DNA of 64,000 bases, taken from an uncultured Muribaculaceae bacterium (GTDB lineage Bacteria > Bacillota_I > Bacilli_A > RF39 > UBA660). This document shows positions 26,950 through 37,462 of this stretch, one piece after another (position 1 is the stretch's first letter; each line of letters starts with the position of its first letter). The notes beneath the pieces were generated by a model. The model did no database searches and was not told the origin of the DNA. It saw nothing but the letters and a program-made list of their open reading frames with translations. The position numbers and the translations under genes are program-made. Where the stretch lies: assembly GCA_964422195.1 (NCBI GenBank), contig CAYRAF010000001.1:946-64945 (forward strand), read 5' to 3'.

Positions 26950-27522
26950 TTATTTAACACCTGCATTTTTTAAGAAATCAATATATTCATCATATTCAGT
27001 ATATCCTACTAATCCATCAACATATTTACCATCTTTAGCAACTATAACAAGTGGTGTAGCTCCATAGTTTTCTTCTAAGAAATCATTAAGACCAGCAATT
27101 TTTTCAGCAGTTTCTTCATCAACAGTAGTTATATCTAAATATTTAGTAGTGAATCCCATTTCTTTTTGTGCTTTTTGCATACTTGGTAAGAATGCTACAC
27201 AATAATGACAAGTTTCTCTTCCTAAATAGATTACACTTGTTCCTTTACCACTACCTTTTAATAATTTAATAAAATCATTACCACTAATAGCTTCAAACAT
27301 ACTTACATCATATTCAGTATTTTCAGTTTCTTCAGATCCAGTTGAACTAGACTTACTAGTTGTAGATGTATTATCACCAACTGCTATTAATAATAAAATA
27401 GTATTTACAACAGCTATTACTGTTAATATTTTAGCAAATAACAATAACTTTTTTAAAATATCTTCGTTTTTCATAATAAAACCTCCTAGTAAAATAATAA
27501 CATAAATATAATTTTTAATCAA
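26950..27522 (-). CDS. Membrane-anchored thioredoxin-like thiol-disulfide oxidoreductase
   Basis: Signal/TM, then Ser/Thr-rich linker, then a CHYC (CxxC) thioredoxin fold. Confidence 0.6.
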   Translation of the reverse strand: MIKNYIYVIILLGGFIMKNEDILKKLLLFAKILTVIAVVNTILLLIAVGDNTSTTSKSSSTGSEETENTEYDVSMFEAISGNDFIKLLKGSGKGTSVIYLGRETCHYCVAFLPSMQKAQKEMGFTTKYLDITTVDEETAEKIAGLNDFLEENYGATPLVIVAKDGKYVDGLVGYTEYDEYIDFLKNAGVK

Positions 27523-27586
27523 TAATAATAAACGTTTACTTTCTTCAAAAAAACTGATATAATACTTAATTAATTCGGAGGTAACT

Positions 27587-28864
27587 ATGAAAATAGATAA
27601 AAGTTATGCGGCTATTTCATTATTTAATTATATATCTAAATATTCCATTACGAGATTATCAACAGAAAACCTAGATTTTCTTTTAGATACTATTATTGAT
27701 GAAATATATGATGAATATGAGATTAACTTTTCATTAAATAATGATATGAATACAAATCAAAGTTTTACGAGTGAGCTAAGTATTAGTGAAAAATATATAT
27801 CAATTAATCCTAATAATCATATCCCACTATATATGCAATTATTTAAATGCAAAAAAGTTAATCAATTAAATGATTATTTATTATTTGATAAATATTTTAA
27901 CAGAGTATTAGATAGCGAGTATATAACAGAAGCTTTAAATCGTGTACATAAGGATATAAAAAAAGAATCTACAAAGCATATAGAAGATGCCTTAGTCCTT
28001 TATACTGAAATTATTGAGCATTATAGGAAATTAAAATCAGCAGAAGAAAATGAACAACATAGTCTATATGAACAAGAACATAAAATACTATGTAACCTCC
28101 AAAGAATAAAGGAAGAGTTAATAAATGATATTTTATATAATTATGTTAGTTTAGAAGCAATCAATATATTATATAATGAAAAACCAGATACATATTTCGA
28201 TATAAAAAACCCTAATATAGTATTAAGCAAATTTATAAATGATGTATTAAATGAAAAAGATATCATAGATATGGAACAAAAACAAAATATAGTTGAAAGT
28301 ATGAACTTTAAAGGAGCTACAGCTGTTTCAGGAGCATTAATTGATATTATACTAAAAGAAATAGTAACAGATGAATATTTTAATATTTTAAATACCTTTA
28401 TAAAGAATAATCCTCTAAACTTTGGAAGATCAAATTTCATAGAATTAAAATATGCTATTTTAGTTTACTCTACACAGTATGAAAGAAAGTTCTTAAATTC
28501 AAGCAACAAGTATTATGATGATAAAACAGTAAATAAAAATGTTGTAAAACAAGCTATCAGTTATACAAATATATATGAAAATAAATTAAAACAATTAACA
28601 AATTATATATTAGAAAAAAATAATGATTATTATAAAGATAATGATTGTTATATGAGTGTTATTGATAAATGTATTCTTTTACAAGCTTATCTAAACACAT
28701 CACCTAACAAGAGAATATATTCTACATATCAAGATATATTCAAAGCACATAAAAACAGTGATAAAAATAATTATTCTATTTCAAATTTTATGTTAAAAGA
28801 ATTAGTAACAAACCCAGAACAAAAAGGAAAAACAAAACAAAAAAAACTAGGAGAAAATAATTAA
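27587..28864 (+). CDS. Hypothetical 425-aa protein
   Basis: No recognisable motifs. Convergent with addA, with overlapping stops. Confidence 0.45.
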   Translation: MKIDKSYAAISLFNYISKYSITRLSTENLDFLLDTIIDEIYDEYEINFSLNNDMNTNQSFTSELSISEKYISINPNNHIPLYMQLFKCKKVNQLNDYLLFDKYFNRVLDSEYITEALNRVHKDIKKESTKHIEDALVLYTEIIEHYRKLKSAEENEQHSLYEQEHKILCNLQRIKEELINDILYNYVSLEAINILYNEKPDTYFDIKNPNIVLSKFINDVLNEKDIIDMEQKQNIVESMNFKGATAVSGALIDIILKEIVTDEYFNILNTFIKNNPLNFGRSNFIELKYAILVYSTQYERKFLNSSNKYYDDKTVNKNVVKQAISYTNIYENKLKQLTNYILEKNNDYYKDNDCYMSVIDKCILLQAYLNTSPNKRIYSTYQDIFKAHKNSDKNNYSISNFMLKELVTNPEQKGKTKQKKLGENN

Positions 28865-31800
28865 TCTTCTAGTTTTTTTAATTCATTATTAAGTATAGAA
28901 TATAAATAAGTATAAATAGGTTTATTTGTTTTTGTAGAAACAAAATCTTTATAAATTTCAAGTTGTTTTTTATAAGCATCATCATCTATATTTTTAAGTT
29001 TATAATCAATTACCTTAATATGATCAGGATATACAATAACCAAATCAATAATACCATTAAATTCTTTATTTTCTTTTTCATAAACAAATTCATACTCTTT
29101 ATAAAATTTGGCATTTTTTATATTTCCAATTTTTTCTATAAAATTGCTAATATATACATAGTATTTATTATCTTTATACTTATCTACATTATTAAAATCA
29201 ATTGTCTCAAATAAATAATGAATATAAGTACCTAAATTAAGCTTATCTACTTCATCGTGAGTAATTAATTTATTAATATTTTTAGATACCTTTGAAGTAC
29301 TTATCATTTTACTATCAATAACTATATTATTAATTGTAACTTTATCATCACTTTTTCTTATAATGTCTTTAATACTTATATCTTTAGAAATATTATAGTC
29401 TTTGCTGATATTCAAGTTTTTTATATCTACCTCTTTTATATTCGTTTTTAAAACACTATTAAGTGATACTAAAATATCTAAAAATGAACGATAATTTTCT
29501 CTAACACTATTATCTACTTCAATATCCTCTAGTTCTTTTAATGAAGTAACTATTATCATTTTTTCACGTGCTCTAGTTAAAGCAACATATAATAGCCTAA
29601 TCTTTTCACTTATCTCTTCACTATAGTATTTAACACTTACTAATTTATTAAGTATTGTTTTTGATATGCCTTCATTATTGATTGGAGTTATAATACCATA
29701 TTTATTATCAAACATAAATCTACTCTCTATATCCCTAAAATTAAACTTTTTATGAAAACCAGAAAAGTAGCAAACAGGGAACTCTAATCCCTTAGATTTA
29801 TGAATATTCATAATTTTAACATTATCCCCTTGCTTATTATTAATTGAATACTTAATATCATTATCACTACTATCCATTTTATTTAAGTAGTCTCTAAACA
29901 TATAAGGGCTATAACCAAGTTTATTCAAATTATCTGCGATATTTTTTAAATTATCTATTCTAACAAAACTATCTTCAACCTTTGAGATGGTTATACATCT
30001 TTCATATACATTAAATTTAGCTATTATCATATCTAATAATTCTATATTAGATACACTATCTATATTATAAGCTATTTCTTCACAAATTCTATATATTTCA
30101 GTTTCTTTGTATTTATCATTAGTAAATACTTCAAATATTTCTTGATCATTCATATCAGATAAAAAACTTCTAGCGACAGATGTATAATAATATTTAAACT
30201 CTTGATCAAAAATACCATCTTTTATTTTTAAACATAAATTTATTATACTTTTTATAACTAAGATATCTTTTTCTTCATTTAACTTTTGATCCATATAAAT
30301 AGTTAAAGGGATATTTAAATACTCAAATATTTTCTTATATATAGTAAAGGCACTACCACGATCCATAATAATACAAAAATCATTATAAGTAGCTTTTCTA
30401 ATTTTACTCATATCTTTATCAAAAACTAAATATCCATCTTCTATCTTATTTTTAATATCATTAGCAATTATAAAGGCTTCTATCTCTTCTTTACTATACT
30501 TTTTATCATCATAATTATAATTATATATATCCAAGTTATTATTATGTCCTACATCTTCTAAATCATATAGAGTTAAACCATAATTCATCTGGTGTGAATC
30601 CTTATAATCTGCCCCACCAATATAATTATCCATTATTATATTAAATATTTTATTAATATTAGTTAATACTTCACTTCTTGATCTAAAGTTTTTAAGTAAA
30701 TCTATTTTTTTACCATTAATCCCTTTACTATAATTATCATATTTATTTTTAAATATTAAAGGATTAGCATTCCTAAATCTATATATAGATTGCTTAACGT
30801 CTCCAACCATGTATAAATTATTATTCTCAATTAAAGACATAAATTTTTCTTGAATATCAGAAGTATCTTGATATTCATCTAATAGTATTTCATTATATGT
30901 ATTCTTTATTTCTTCTAAAACACCTGGATTATCTTCTAATAATCTAATAGCCATAAGTGCTATATCATTAAACTCATACGTATCATTTATTTGCTTATAA
31001 GAAATTAATCTTTCATCTAATATATTTATTATTTTTATAATTATTTCAACATAATTCTTAGTACTTAAAATATCATTTTTTATATCATCTAAAGATTCAT
31101 ATTTTACTAAGTCTTGTAATTCTTTATAATAATCTTTTATTAATTTAGCTTGTTTTCTAAACATTAAAGAAAACTTACCCATTAATTTAAAATCTTTATT
31201 AGATAGTTTTTTTATTTTTAGATAATCTTTAGTTCCTATTAAATCTTCTAATACTCCACATATTTCTTGATATTTATTATTATCACTATCAGTCTCTATT
31301 AAACCTTCTAATATCTTTAAATTAGAATTTAGTTTATCAATTGTATTATGTATTAAATTTAAATACTCATTAACTATACTATCTAAGTATTCATCATTAT
31401 AAAAGTTATCAACATAATTTGTTAAAAACTCTTGCTTATTTATCAATTTATCTAAGTCATTGTTTATATTATAAATATAGTTTTTTATTGTTTTATCATC
31501 TTTTACACAAAAATCTGTGATTAGTTTTAAGAATTTTTGATCTTCTTCCATATATAATTCATCAAATATTTCATCTAGTAACTCTTGCTCTTTAATATTT
31601 ATAATAGATGAATCTATAATTGAAATATCCTTTGATACATTAAGTAAGTAATGATATTTTTTAACCATAGATAAAGAGAATGAATCAAAAGTAGTAATGT
31701 ATGCAGAATCTATTAAATCAAGTTGACGACTTAAACTATCATCTTTTTCAATTTTTTGTCTTATTCTTTCCTTCATCTCATTTGCAGCTTCATTAGTAAA

Positions 31801-31962
31801 AGTTAGTATTAATAATTTATCTATATTAACACCACTCTTTAATTTTCTTAAAACTCTTTCAGAGAGCACTGCGGTTTTTCCAGAACCTGCACCTGCAGAA
31901 ACAATAATATTACTACCTTCTTCATTTATTGCTTGTAATTGTTCTTCAGTAAATTTAGGCAT
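28861..31962 (-). CDS. addA: ATP-dependent helicase/nuclease subunit A (UvrD-type helicase plus PD-(D/E)xK nuclease)
   Basis: Walker A SAGAGSGKT. UvrD motifs. 1033 aa. Confidence 0.85.
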   Translation of the reverse strand: MPKFTEEQLQAINEEGSNIIVSAGAGSGKTAVLSERVLRKLKSGVNIDKLLILTFTNEAANEMKERIRQKIEKDDSLSRQLDLIDSAYITTFDSFSLSMVKKYHYLLNVSKDISIIDSSIINIKEQELLDEIFDELYMEEDQKFLKLITDFCVKDDKTIKNYIYNINNDLDKLINKQEFLTNYVDNFYNDEYLDSIVNEYLNLIHNTIDKLNSNLKILEGLIETDSDNNKYQEICGVLEDLIGTKDYLKIKKLSNKDFKLMGKFSLMFRKQAKLIKDYYKELQDLVKYESLDDIKNDILSTKNYVEIIIKIINILDERLISYKQINDTYEFNDIALMAIRLLEDNPGVLEEIKNTYNEILLDEYQDTSDIQEKFMSLIENNNLYMVGDVKQSIYRFRNANPLIFKNKYDNYSKGINGKKIDLLKNFRSRSEVLTNINKIFNIIMDNYIGGADYKDSHQMNYGLTLYDLEDVGHNNNLDIYNYNYDDKKYSKEEIEAFIIANDIKNKIEDGYLVFDKDMSKIRKATYNDFCIIMDRGSAFTIYKKIFEYLNIPLTIYMDQKLNEEKDILVIKSIINLCLKIKDGIFDQEFKYYYTSVARSFLSDMNDQEIFEVFTNDKYKETEIYRICEEIAYNIDSVSNIELLDMIIAKFNVYERCITISKVEDSFVRIDNLKNIADNLNKLGYSPYMFRDYLNKMDSSDNDIKYSINNKQGDNVKIMNIHKSKGLEFPVCYFSGFHKKFNFRDIESRFMFDNKYGIITPINNEGISKTILNKLVSVKYYSEEISEKIRLLYVALTRAREKMIIVTSLKELEDIEVDNSVRENYRSFLDILVSLNSVLKTNIKEVDIKNLNISKDYNISKDISIKDIIRKSDDKVTINNIVIDSKMISTSKVSKNINKLITHDEVDKLNLGTYIHYLFETIDFNNVDKYKDNKYYVYISNFIEKIGNIKNAKFYKEYEFVYEKENKEFNGIIDLVIVYPDHIKVIDYKLKNIDDDAYKKQLEIYKDFVSTKTNKPIYTYLYSILNNELKKLED

Positions 31963-31985
31963 CTAATCACCTCTTTTCTTATCTA

Positions 31986-34343
31986 TTACTCATCTAGAAA
32001 ACTTAAATCTTCTTTTTTTTCTAATTTAACATAATCTTTATTACTAACATAACATATATCTTTAAACTTACAGTATTTACAGCCAATTATGTCTTTAGCA
32101 CTATCACCTATCTGTTTAGGATTAATGCTAAAGTCTACATCTAAAATATTATCTATAGTTTTATCCACTACATTTTCTGTTACTGATATCAATTTATCTA
32201 TTTGATCGTTAGTTAATACTTTTTTAGTCTTAAAATTACCATTTTTATATAAACCCATTCCACTTATAACACTAGAATTTACATAATCATCATCTAACAT
32301 CTTTAAAATATCAACATCACTATTACTATAACCCCTTAATTTTAAATTATCTTTTTTTACTTCTTCTAGACTTTTTTTATCATCTTTTAATACTTCATCA
32401 TTTAAAATTGTTTGTAAGTAAAAGCCAGCAAAAACTACATTTTCTAGCTTTTTATAGTTTTTAGATAGATATAAATAAATTGGTAATTGTATTCCAATAC
32501 CATATGAACTATTTATTATATCTATAGGAGTATTACCTGTTTTATAATCTATAATTGCAACAACACATCTATCTCCTACTTTTTTATAACAAATCTTATC
32601 AATAAATCCCTTAAAAGTAACTTTTATATCCCTACTTTTATCAATTTCAATCTTATTTTCACACAACACATTAGATAAAACACTATGATTCATTTGTTCT
32701 TTAATAGTATCAATTATAAAGTATAATTCTTTAATTAACTTTTTAAGTAAAAACTTCTCCTTAACAGTTAAAACTCTTTCATTATTATTTAAATAATTAC
32801 TAACTTCTTCATCAACACTTGTATCACTCATTAAACATTTTTCTAAAACATAATGAAATAGTGAGCCAACAAAAGTAATAAAGTTATCTTCATATATATC
32901 TAGTTTTAAAACATTAGTCAAATAATACCTAAAAGCACATTTATTATAATTATCTAAAGTAGAATACGAAAGACATAGTTCATGATTTATGTAATTATAA
33001 AACATTTCTTTATCTATTCCACTAAACCTATTATCATAGTTATTATAATTTATTGAGATACTATTTCCTAATAAATCTATATCCTTATCCTTAGTTCCAA
33101 ATTTAATATAATTATCTATTTTTTTAGCTAATTTTATCTTAATCGCAGTATTAGAATATTTATAATCATAAACACCTTCTTCTACATCTAATTTTAAAGT
33201 ATTAATTAAATTAGAAGGGTAATATGATTTAGTATTAGACTTATCTTTATATGTAATTACTAAATTCTTTATACTTAAAATCTTATTTTTAGTTCTTTCT
33301 AGTATTAATTTATTTTCTTCTTCTGTAGTATCCAAATCAACTAGCTTTTTAATATTATCACTAATAAAATCTTCATCTTTTTTATATTTAGGAATACTAT
33401 TTAAGTTAAAGTTTAATAAGAAAATATAATCATCTTTACTAGCTTTACTTAATGGTATAACTTCTACCGCTTTATCAATTTTTTCACTTATAACTTTAGT
33501 ATTCTTTAAATCACTAATTATAAAATCTTTTACTTTATATTTATCATCTACAAAACTATATGAATTACATATTTCTATTATTTTATTAACTATAACTCCT
33601 GTATATTTATTCTTTAACTTATCTATAGTTTTACTAATATCATTATCAAAATTATCTAAAAAATATTTAGAGATATTAGTAGCCAGAATAGAAACCCCTG
33701 TATTAAAATTTGTTGGTATATTATAATAATCAAATATTCTTTTAAGAGAGTTTTCATAATCAGCATCTACTCCAACTAACTTTATTTTATTTATATCAAT
33801 ACCATCTACTATTAAATCTAATATCTTATTAGCAACAAACTCTACTTCATCTTCTAAACTATCTAAATGATATACTTTTGGTTTGTATGTATTAGCATCA
33901 TCACTTATATAAGATACTTCACCAAGTTTTGTTAGTAGACTTTTATCAAACTTAGATAAATAGTTCAGATTATAAGCAATAATCTTTTTATCTTTTATAT
34001 AATCCAGGAAGAAATCATCATATATTAAAAGATTTAAATCATCTAATCTTTTCTTTAATTCCACTAATTGATCTAACTTCAAATTATTATATAATTTATC
34101 CTCAATATAATATAAATTATCTATATATACTTTAGCAACCTCAGGCTTAACTCTTAAAAACTTTGAAGTTTCATATATAGCTTCTTTTGTATAATCGAAT
34201 AACAACTTTTTCTTAAGTTCACTCATGGTAAAAAAATGAACACTATACATCTTATCTTTATGACTTATATAGTCAATAAGTAAAGATTTATCTTCATTAC
34301 TACAAATAATAAACATATCTTTTTCTTCTTCTAAAAACTTCAT
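31986..34343 (-). CDS. addB: ATP-dependent helicase/nuclease subunit B
   Basis: C-terminal nuclease with Fe-S cysteines (C...CKYCKFKDIC). Located upstream of addA. Confidence 0.8.
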   Translation of the reverse strand: MKFLEEEKDMFIICSNEDKSLLIDYISHKDKMYSVHFFTMSELKKKLLFDYTKEAIYETSKFLRVKPEVAKVYIDNLYYIEDKLYNNLKLDQLVELKKRLDDLNLLIYDDFFLDYIKDKKIIAYNLNYLSKFDKSLLTKLGEVSYISDDANTYKPKVYHLDSLEDEVEFVANKILDLIVDGIDINKIKLVGVDADYENSLKRIFDYYNIPTNFNTGVSILATNISKYFLDNFDNDISKTIDKLKNKYTGVIVNKIIEICNSYSFVDDKYKVKDFIISDLKNTKVISEKIDKAVEVIPLSKASKDDYIFLLNFNLNSIPKYKKDEDFISDNIKKLVDLDTTEEENKLILERTKNKILSIKNLVITYKDKSNTKSYYPSNLINTLKLDVEEGVYDYKYSNTAIKIKLAKKIDNYIKFGTKDKDIDLLGNSISINYNNYDNRFSGIDKEMFYNYINHELCLSYSTLDNYNKCAFRYYLTNVLKLDIYEDNFITFVGSLFHYVLEKCLMSDTSVDEEVSNYLNNNERVLTVKEKFLLKKLIKELYFIIDTIKEQMNHSVLSNVLCENKIEIDKSRDIKVTFKGFIDKICYKKVGDRCVVAIIDYKTGNTPIDIINSSYGIGIQLPIYLYLSKNYKKLENVVFAGFYLQTILNDEVLKDDKKSLEEVKKDNLKLRGYSNSDVDILKMLDDDYVNSSVISGMGLYKNGNFKTKKVLTNDQIDKLISVTENVVDKTIDNILDVDFSINPKQIGDSAKDIIGCKYCKFKDICYVSNKDYVKLEKKEDLSFLDE

Positions 34344-34390
34344 TTTCTCACCAACTATATTGTATCACAAAATAAAAATCTATAGAATGT

Positions 34391-34852
34391 CTATAGATTA
34401 TTTTCATTTAATTTTTTTAACATTGTTTTAGTTTGATTATATACAGTAAATTGTTCATATCTTTCCCTATTCATATATATTGTTTTACCATTCAACCATT
34501 TTTGAACTTTTTCTATTTTTTGATCAAAATTTTCATAAGGTGAATCTTTAACTTTAATTTCATGCTCAAAACTGTAATATACAAGTAATGTTTCACTTAC
34601 TCTATTTCCTTTATCATCTACTGGTCCAAATACAAAAGCACTTAAATATTCTTCTTTATTTGGATTAATATCATACAAAGGGTAATTAGCTTTCATAAAT
34701 TTAACCCCTATATTAATATCTCCTGATTTCAAAGTTTCAATAAAAGCTTCTGCTAATTCTTCAGGAAAATGTTCCCTTATCCAACTTTTTTCCCTATTCT
34801 TTGTTAAAACTGTAGAATATCCTTTAGCTATTATCATAGTATTCCTCCCCAT
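34391..34852 (-). CDS. Hypothetical 153-aa protein
   Basis: ORF only. Confidence 0.4.
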   Translation of the reverse strand: MGRNTMIIAKGYSTVLTKNREKSWIREHFPEELAEAFIETLKSGDINIGVKFMKANYPLYDINPNKEEYLSAFVFGPVDDKGNRVSETLLVYYSFEHEIKVKDSPYENFDQKIEKVQKWLNGKTIYMNRERYEQFTVYNQTKTMLKKLNENNL

Positions 34853-34881
34853 TTATATGAAATATTATAGTTGTCTAACAA

Positions 34882-35430
34882 TTAAATGTCAATGAATAAA
34901 TGTAATATGTTTTTTACTTCATCTATATTATTACAAATATAAAAATTATGTATCCTATCTTTATGAATAAAACCTGTATTCAAATTATTATTTATAAATT
35001 TGATAATATCGTCATAAAAAGAATTGATGTTAAAAAGTATTATTGGTTTATTATACAAGTTTAGAGAAGTATCCGTTAGTACTTCAAAAAATTCATCTAA
35101 TGTACCAATACCACCTGGAGCTATTACAAAAATATCAGCTTCTTCTTCCATGATTTTCTTTCGTGAATGCATACTATCAACGGATATTACATTAGTACAG
35201 TTGTCATAAATATCTTCAAACTTTTCCATAAATCTAGGAACAACACCTGTAATTATTGATTTTTCTTTAGCAAATCCTCTAGCTATTGCTCCCATAAGGC
35301 CAGTTGCTCCTCCACCAAAAACTAAATCAAAGTTTTCACCAAGATATTCACCTAATTCTTCTGTTTTATCTACATAATTTTTTTCTATATCTTCACTAGC
35401 TGCACCAAAAAAACATATCTTTTTCTTCAT
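34882..35430 (-). CDS. LOG-family (TIGR00730) Rossmann-fold nucleotide-binding protein
   Basis: GGGATGLMGA and PGGIGTLDEFFE motifs. Confidence 0.7.
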   Translation of the reverse strand: MKKKICFFGAASEDIEKNYVDKTEELGEYLGENFDLVFGGGATGLMGAIARGFAKEKSIITGVVPRFMEKFEDIYDNCTNVISVDSMHSRKKIMEEEADIFVIAPGGIGTLDEFFEVLTDTSLNLYNKPIILFNINSFYDDIIKFINNNLNTGFIHKDRIHNFYICNNIDEVKNILHLFIDI

Positions 35431-35476
35431 TAAATCACCTAGTAATTATATGAATAGGAGTATAAAAAAAGAACAA

Positions 35477-36340
35477 TTACTTGTCCTTTAATAAACGTTT
35501 TACCTTTCTTTTTAAATTAACTTGAGACATTTCATACTTCTCTTTTACTTTAATCAATGCCTCCTCATAAGTTAAATCCTCAAGTGACATTGTTTTTAAA
35601 GTTGATCCTACAATCCAAAATATTTGATCAGAAATATTTCCGTCTTTATCTATTTTAACAAATGTTGTTAGAGACCTATGCTCATCTTCATCATCTTGAT
35701 TAGATATGTCTATTTGCGTAACTCCTAAAGCTATATCATTTTTATATATATAATCAGATAACCAATCCCCAATAACGTTATCTTCTAAAAATTCCGCAAT
35801 TCTTCCATAATCTTTTATAAGAATATCATCAAAATCTGGACTAAACATCTGAGTTTTATAATTATAAAATTTTCTTTTTTCCCCTGATATTCCCATAAAG
35901 ATATAAATAGAATCATTAAAATACTTGCTCCTATCAATATAAATATCATCATCAGCTGAAAACAATGATATTTCTTGTAATCCATCTGGAGTAACAATTA
36001 AATGCTTAACAGCTTGTCCATTTCCATTTTTTTCTAAAATAAACATATTATTATCATCTATAAAAGGATCACGTTTTCTCCCATTAAACGGTCTATTATA
36101 ATATGGAACATACCCATTTTCATCTGTTTTAGTTGGACTATATAATACCTTTCCTTCCTGGTTAAAAATAATGAAATATGGAGTACCATAAGATAAATTC
36201 ATGGATTCATAATCATTTCGTATTTGAGCATATATTAATCCATTTTTTTCAAATATATCTGCACAGTCTGCACAATAAGGATCTACTTCTCTTACTTTTG
36301 AAAGAGCAAATTTTTTCTTTTCTATATAATCTTTTAACAC
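35477..36340 (-). CDS. Hypothetical 287-aa protein
   Basis: ORF only. Confidence 0.4.
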   Translation of the reverse strand: MLKDYIEKKKFALSKVREVDPYCADCADIFEKNGLIYAQIRNDYESMNLSYGTPYFIIFNQEGKVLYSPTKTDENGYVPYYNRPFNGRKRDPFIDDNNMFILEKNGNGQAVKHLIVTPDGLQEISLFSADDDIYIDRSKYFNDSIYIFMGISGEKRKFYNYKTQMFSPDFDDILIKDYGRIAEFLEDNVIGDWLSDYIYKNDIALGVTQIDISNQDDEDEHRSLTTFVKIDKDGNISDQIFWIVGSTLKTMSLEDLTYEEALIKVKEKYEMSQVNLKRKVKRLLKDK

Positions 36341-36424
36341 GCTATCACCTCTTATGACTGCTTATTATAACTGATAATTATGATAATTGCAATAAAAAAG
36401 AACCATAAAAAAGAACCATTGGTT

Positions 36425-37429
36425 CTATTTTGTCATTAAATATTTAGCTGTTCTAACCATTTGTGTTGAGTAGCCCATCTCATTATCATACCAAGCTACT
36501 ACTTTAACTAATTGTTTTCCTTCTACTTCAAGAACACTTGTTAATAATCCATCTACTACTGCTCCATAATGTGAACCAATAATATCACTTGAAACAATTG
36601 GATCTGTAGTGTACTTAATAGTTTTATTCTGATTGTCTTCAAAAGCCTTGTTTATTTCTTCTACTGTAACATTCTTTGAAAGCTCTAATACTAAATCTAT
36701 AACTGATCCAGTAGGTACAGGTACACGCATTGCCGTACCTGATAGTTTTCCATCTAATTTAGGAAGAACTTTACCTATAGCTTTCGCAGCTCCAGTAGAA
36801 GACGGAATAATATTCATGGCAGCTGCTCTACCGCGTCTTTCATTAATATCTTTTTTATGAGCAACATCTAATGTTACTTGATCATTTGTATAAGCATGTA
36901 CTGTAGTCATATATCCTCTTTCTACACCAAAAGTTTTATCAAGTATATCAAGTACTGGTGCCAAACAATTTGTTGTACAAGAAGCTGCAGAAATTATATC
37001 TTCACTACCATCTAATATATCATGATTTACATTATAAACAACTGTTTTTAAATCTCCCTTAGCAGGAGCAGAAATAATAACTTTCTTAGCTCCAGCATCA
37101 ATATGAGCTTGTGCTTTTTCTTTATCTGTAAATAAACCAGTACATTCAAATACTACATCAATATCTAAATCTTTCCACGGCAAATTAATAGGATCTTTTT
37201 CTGCATATACTTTTATTTTCCTATCTCCAATAATAATCTCATCTTCATCAAATGAAATTTCATCTTCTCTATAATTTCTATGATTAGTATCATACTTTAA
37301 TAAATGAGATAATTGTCTCGCATCAGTTAAATCATTGATGGCAACTACTTCTAAATCACTATCTTCTTCCATAAGTCTAAATACTAATCTTCCTATACGA
37401 CCAAATCCATTAATCGCAACTCTAATCAT
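36425..37429 (-). CDS. gap: Glyceraldehyde-3-phosphate dehydrogenase (type I)
   Basis: MIRVAINGFGRIGR and SCTTNC motifs. Start moved to M6, which has a GGGAG RBS 8 nt upstream. Confidence 0.9.
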   Translation of the reverse strand: MIRVAINGFGRIGRLVFRLMEEDSDLEVVAINDLTDARQLSHLLKYDTNHRNYREDEISFDEDEIIIGDRKIKVYAEKDPINLPWKDLDIDVVFECTGLFTDKEKAQAHIDAGAKKVIISAPAKGDLKTVVYNVNHDILDGSEDIISAASCTTNCLAPVLDILDKTFGVERGYMTTVHAYTNDQVTLDVAHKKDINERRGRAAAMNIIPSSTGAAKAIGKVLPKLDGKLSGTAMRVPVPTGSVIDLVLELSKNVTVEEINKAFEDNQNKTIKYTTDPIVSSDIIGSHYGAVVDGLLTSVLEVEGKQLVKVVAWYDNEMGYSTQMVRTAKYLMTK

Positions 37430-37462
37430 TTTATCATCTCCCAAATTTATTTTACCATTTTT

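Noticed and set aside
36341-36424. Repeated AAAAAAGAACCA motifs after gap as a regulatory repeat
   Set aside because: Most simply explained as an A-tract followed by the gap terminator hairpin (AGAACCA-TTG-GTTCT) with a partial slipped duplicate. No further structure seen.
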